From: a virus
Lineage: Duplodnaviria; Caudoviricetes
Length of the DNA stretch: 24,812 nucleotides
Direction: 5' to 3' (one strand)
IMG/VR virus record: IMGVR_UViG_3300044300_004403
Coordinates: 1 to 24,812 of that record
This document shows, in pieces, positions 24,674-24,812 of the stretch. Below the pieces are notes generated by a model. The model had not been told where the DNA came from. It did not search any database and worked only from the letters and a program-made list of their open reading frames with translations. Position 1 is the first letter of the stretch. Each line of letters starts with the position of its first letter. Made by a program: the position numbers and the translations under genes.

Positions 24674-24812
24674 ATGGATTTACAAAAAATTAAAAGTCGT
24701 TTAGACAGACTAAACAACCCAGGCAAGGGCAAAAGTAGCGATTTTAAAGCTAACTTTTGGAGAGCACCCGTAGGGGAAAAATCACAAATAAGATTAGTAC
24801 CTTACAAACACA
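24674..24812 (+). CDS. Single-stranded DNA-binding protein (T4 gp32-like), 3'-truncated, absent from the ORF track
   Basis: ATG at 24674 reads MDLQKIKSRLDRLNNPGKGKSSDFKANFWRAPVGEKSQIRLVPYKH and stays open to the window end. FW.P..G...IR.VP is the gp32-like N-terminal signature. Confidence 0.75.
   Translation, partial: MDLQKIKSRLDRLNNPGKGKSSDFKANFWRAPVGEKSQIRLVPYKH

Noticed and set aside
895-24732. Short minus-strand ORFs (895, 1985, 3356, 5234, 7850, 9890, 10281, 10484, 10946, 19975, 23135, 24526)
   Set aside because: All are antisense shadows of well-supported + strand genes, 60-99 aa long, with no recognisable motifs.

Overview
A very AT-rich (roughly 30% GC by eye), densely coding window with every credible gene on the + strand. 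It comes from a large contractile-tailed (myovirus-type) phage, probably infecting Bacteroidota; the host is inferred from the absence of Shine-Dalgarno sites. Gene order: a 5'-truncated repeat-rich tail fibre/adhesin and accessory fibre genes, including a degenerate GAMT/RMT2-like methyltransferase; tail sheath; tail tube; two tandem Cys4 paralogues; tail assembly chaperone; tape measure protein; a repeat protein; tube initiator; LysM/gp53-like wedge protein; and a hub with a C-terminal M23 peptidase. The window then switches to replication genes: a short divergent family-A DNA polymerase, a hypothetical protein and a 3'-truncated gp32-like SSB. The most notable signals are (1) a probable +1 (or -2) programmed frameshift on a T7 run at the end of the chaperone gene, (2) a thumb-less PolA with substituted steric-gate and motif B/C residues, (3) a duplicated leader-plus-Cys4 small-protein pair, (4) a recurring intergenic ATAT(T/G)TAT promoter-like motif and (5) a perfect 21-bp palindrome over the predicted SSB promoter. 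All assignments come from motif recognition by eye; no database search was run.
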